Below are positions 45,145-46,394 of a stretch of 46,394 nucleotides of DNA, piece after piece. A model generated the notes under the pieces. The model worked only from the letters and a program-made list of their open reading frames with translations. It did not search any database and was not told the origin of the DNA. The stretch comes from a virus. The translations under genes were made by a program, and so were the position numbers. Positions within the stretch are counted from its first letter, which is position 1. Each line of letters starts with the position of its first letter. The DNA is taken from UHGV virus genome UHGV-0390997; one strand, written 5' to 3'.

Positions 45145-45418
45145 ATCAATCCTGTCCATCCTGCGCAAGGACGCGCGTAACAACATCACAGCGTTTCACC
45201 GCTGGCAGACAGCAAAGGGCGCTCTCGGTCATACAGCCGGAATAACTCTCAACTATCACGATCCTTATTACGAAGGATGGGCGCCGGCTCTTGAAATGCG
45301 CGAGGTATTCATTTCAGCGCCTGAACTTGAGCAGGTAATTCCCTACCTCTTTGTAGAGAAATGGGGTGACGGGCTAATTGGTGGGGAAATTTATCGAATC
45401 CCTCGGGAGGAAAAATGA
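45116..45418 (+). CDS. hypothetical protein (100 aa)
   Basis: ORF. Confidence 0.4.
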   Translation: MVAAMKVTAESILSILRKDARNNITAFHRWQTAKGALGHTAGITLNYHDPYYEGWAPALEMREVFISAPELEQVIPYLFVEKWGDGLIGGEIYRIPREEK

Positions 45419-45573
45419 AACATCACCACGACGGTATCACCGTAGGAAGTATCACTCTTCCCTATTCCATCAATCGCCGGGGATGGATCGCCCCAAGCGG
45501 CGACGTTATCAAAAACCCATTAAAGGCTCAGCGTCTGGCTGAGCTGATGAACAGTAAGAAGGTGGTGGCATGA
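45415..45573 (+). CDS. small His-rich N-terminus protein (52 aa)
   Basis: GGGAGGAAAAA RBS; ATGA-coupled to the MT-A70 gene; not in the track. Confidence 0.3.
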   Translation: MKHHHDGITVGSITLPYSINRRGWIAPSGDVIKNPLKAQRLAELMNSKKVVA

Positions 45574-46229
45574 GCGGAAAATACTCACTGATTTATGCCG
45601 ATCCGCCCTGGTCTTATGGGAACACAATCAGCAACGGCGCCGCTGCGGACCACTACTCGACGATGCGACTCATCGACCTGAAGCGTCTGCCTGTGTGGGA
45701 ACTGGCTGCCGAAAACGCGGTGCTGGCGATGTGGTACACCGGCACCCACAACCAGGAGGCGATCGAGCTGGCCGAGGCCTGGGGCTTCACGGTGCGCACG
45801 ATGAAGGGTTTCACCTGGGTGAAGTTGAACCAGCTTGCCGAGCTGCGCATTACCAAGGCTCTGGCAGAGGGAGAGGTCTCAGATTTTTACGACTTCCTCG
45901 CCCTGCTGAACGCCGAGACGCGCATGAACGGCGGAAACCATACCCGCGCTAATACCGAAGACGTGTTGATCGCCACCCGCGGCGCAGGGCTGGAGCGCAA
46001 GCACGCCGGCATTAAGCAGGTGGTCTACAGCCCACTCGGCGCGCACAGCGAGAAACCGTGGGAGGTTCGCCACCGTCTGGAGCAGCTCTACGGCGATGTG
46101 CCGCGGATTGAGCTTTTCAGCCGCAGCGCAGCGCCAGGCTGGAGCCACTGGGGTAACCAGTGCGCCACCGCCTCCGTTGAGCTGATACCCGGCTGCGCCA
46201 TTGACGTAGTGAAGACGGAGGCAGCATGA
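45570..46229 (+). CDS. MT-A70-family DNA N6-adenine methyltransferase
   Basis: DPPW catalytic motif (LIYADPPWSY), 219 aa. Confidence 0.85.
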   Translation: MSGKYSLIYADPPWSYGNTISNGAAADHYSTMRLIDLKRLPVWELAAENAVLAMWYTGTHNQEAIELAEAWGFTVRTMKGFTWVKLNQLAELRITKALAEGEVSDFYDFLALLNAETRMNGGNHTRANTEDVLIATRGAGLERKHAGIKQVVYSPLGAHSEKPWEVRHRLEQLYGDVPRIELFSRSAAPGWSHWGNQCATASVELIPGCAIDVVKTEAA

Positions 46230-46394
46230 CGCCTTCAGCTTACTACAACGAGATCGACCCATTCGCGGCGCAGTGGCTGCGTAACCTCATAGCCGCCGGG
46301 CATATCGCCCCGGGCGAAGTTGACGAACGGAGCATTGAAGATGTCACACCTGACGACCTCAGAGGATTTACCCAGTGCCACTTTTTCGCCGGGA
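46227..46394 (+). CDS. DNA (cytosine-5)-methyltransferase, N-terminal 56 aa (truncated by window end)
   Basis: Ends in motif I start ...CHFFAG (F-x-G-x-G); ATGA-coupled to the MT-A70 gene. Confidence 0.75.

Larger units (their letters stand above)
1..46394. mobile_element. Temperate lambdoid siphovirus genome in attP (excised/virion) gene order: all of int, immunity, replication, nin, Q, lysis, terminase, head and tail modules present
   Basis: Lambda-like synteny on the minus strand (cro-cII-O-P-nin-Q-S-R-Rz-terminase-head-tail-tailspike) and on the plus strand (cI-PL operon-erf-MTases-xis-int-attP). Both window ends lie in a C5-MTase gene. Confidence 0.85.

Noticed and set aside
46227-46394. 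Exact circular join of window end to window start reconstituting one C5-MTase
   Set aside because: Only ~25 residues would separate motif I (FFAG) from motif IV (PCQ), motifs II-III would be missing, and the frames differ by 2 nt. Some sequence must be missing, or these are two copies.

Overview
The window appears to be a nearly complete temperate lambdoid siphovirus genome (about 46 kb, ~53% GC, Enterobacteriaceae-like, possibly Klebsiella given a capsule-depolymerase-type tailspike). It is in the attP (non-integrated) arrangement: tail fibre genes, accessory 'b region', attP core (3' 45 nt of a tRNA-Arg(UCU) gene), then int/xis. All standard modules are present and syntenic with lambda, as follows. 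Immunity: cI, three-operator OR, cro, cII. Replication: ParB-like gene, O with internal iteron origin, P. nin region: NinG, NinI phosphatase, HNH endonuclease, DUF1367 protein. Q antiterminator with tandem tR' terminators. Lysis cassette like phage 21: dual-start pinholin, SAR endolysin, overlapping Rz/Rz1. Headful packaging and head module: small and large terminase, portal, Mu-F/SPP1 gp7-like minor head protein, protease/scaffold, decoration protein, major capsid. Tail module like lambda: Z/U/V-like genes, tape measure, NlpC/P60 protein, J-like tip protein, beta-helix tailspike. The PL operon carries N-like small genes, a DUF1351-like protein plus an Erf recombinase, MT-A70 and C5 DNA methyltransferases, a TraR-like protein, xis and int. 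Both window ends fall inside a C5-methyltransferase gene, consistent with a circularly permuted or rotated record. Points of most interest are listed here. (1) A terminator-bounded moron island inside the tail module (KilA-N, BamE-like lipoprotein, PliC/MliC-like secreted protein). (2) An AT-rich single-TM moron in the head module. (3) An HNH-AP2 homing endonuclease in the head-tail joining region. (4) Identical 38-bp hairpin/RBS repeats that precisely bracket the tape-measure gene. (5) Junction repeats at early-gene boundaries. (6) An apparently doubly frame-shifted C5-MTase 3' region. (7) Small uncharacterised genes in the rex-equivalent position, just downstream of PL, and in the attP-proximal b region.
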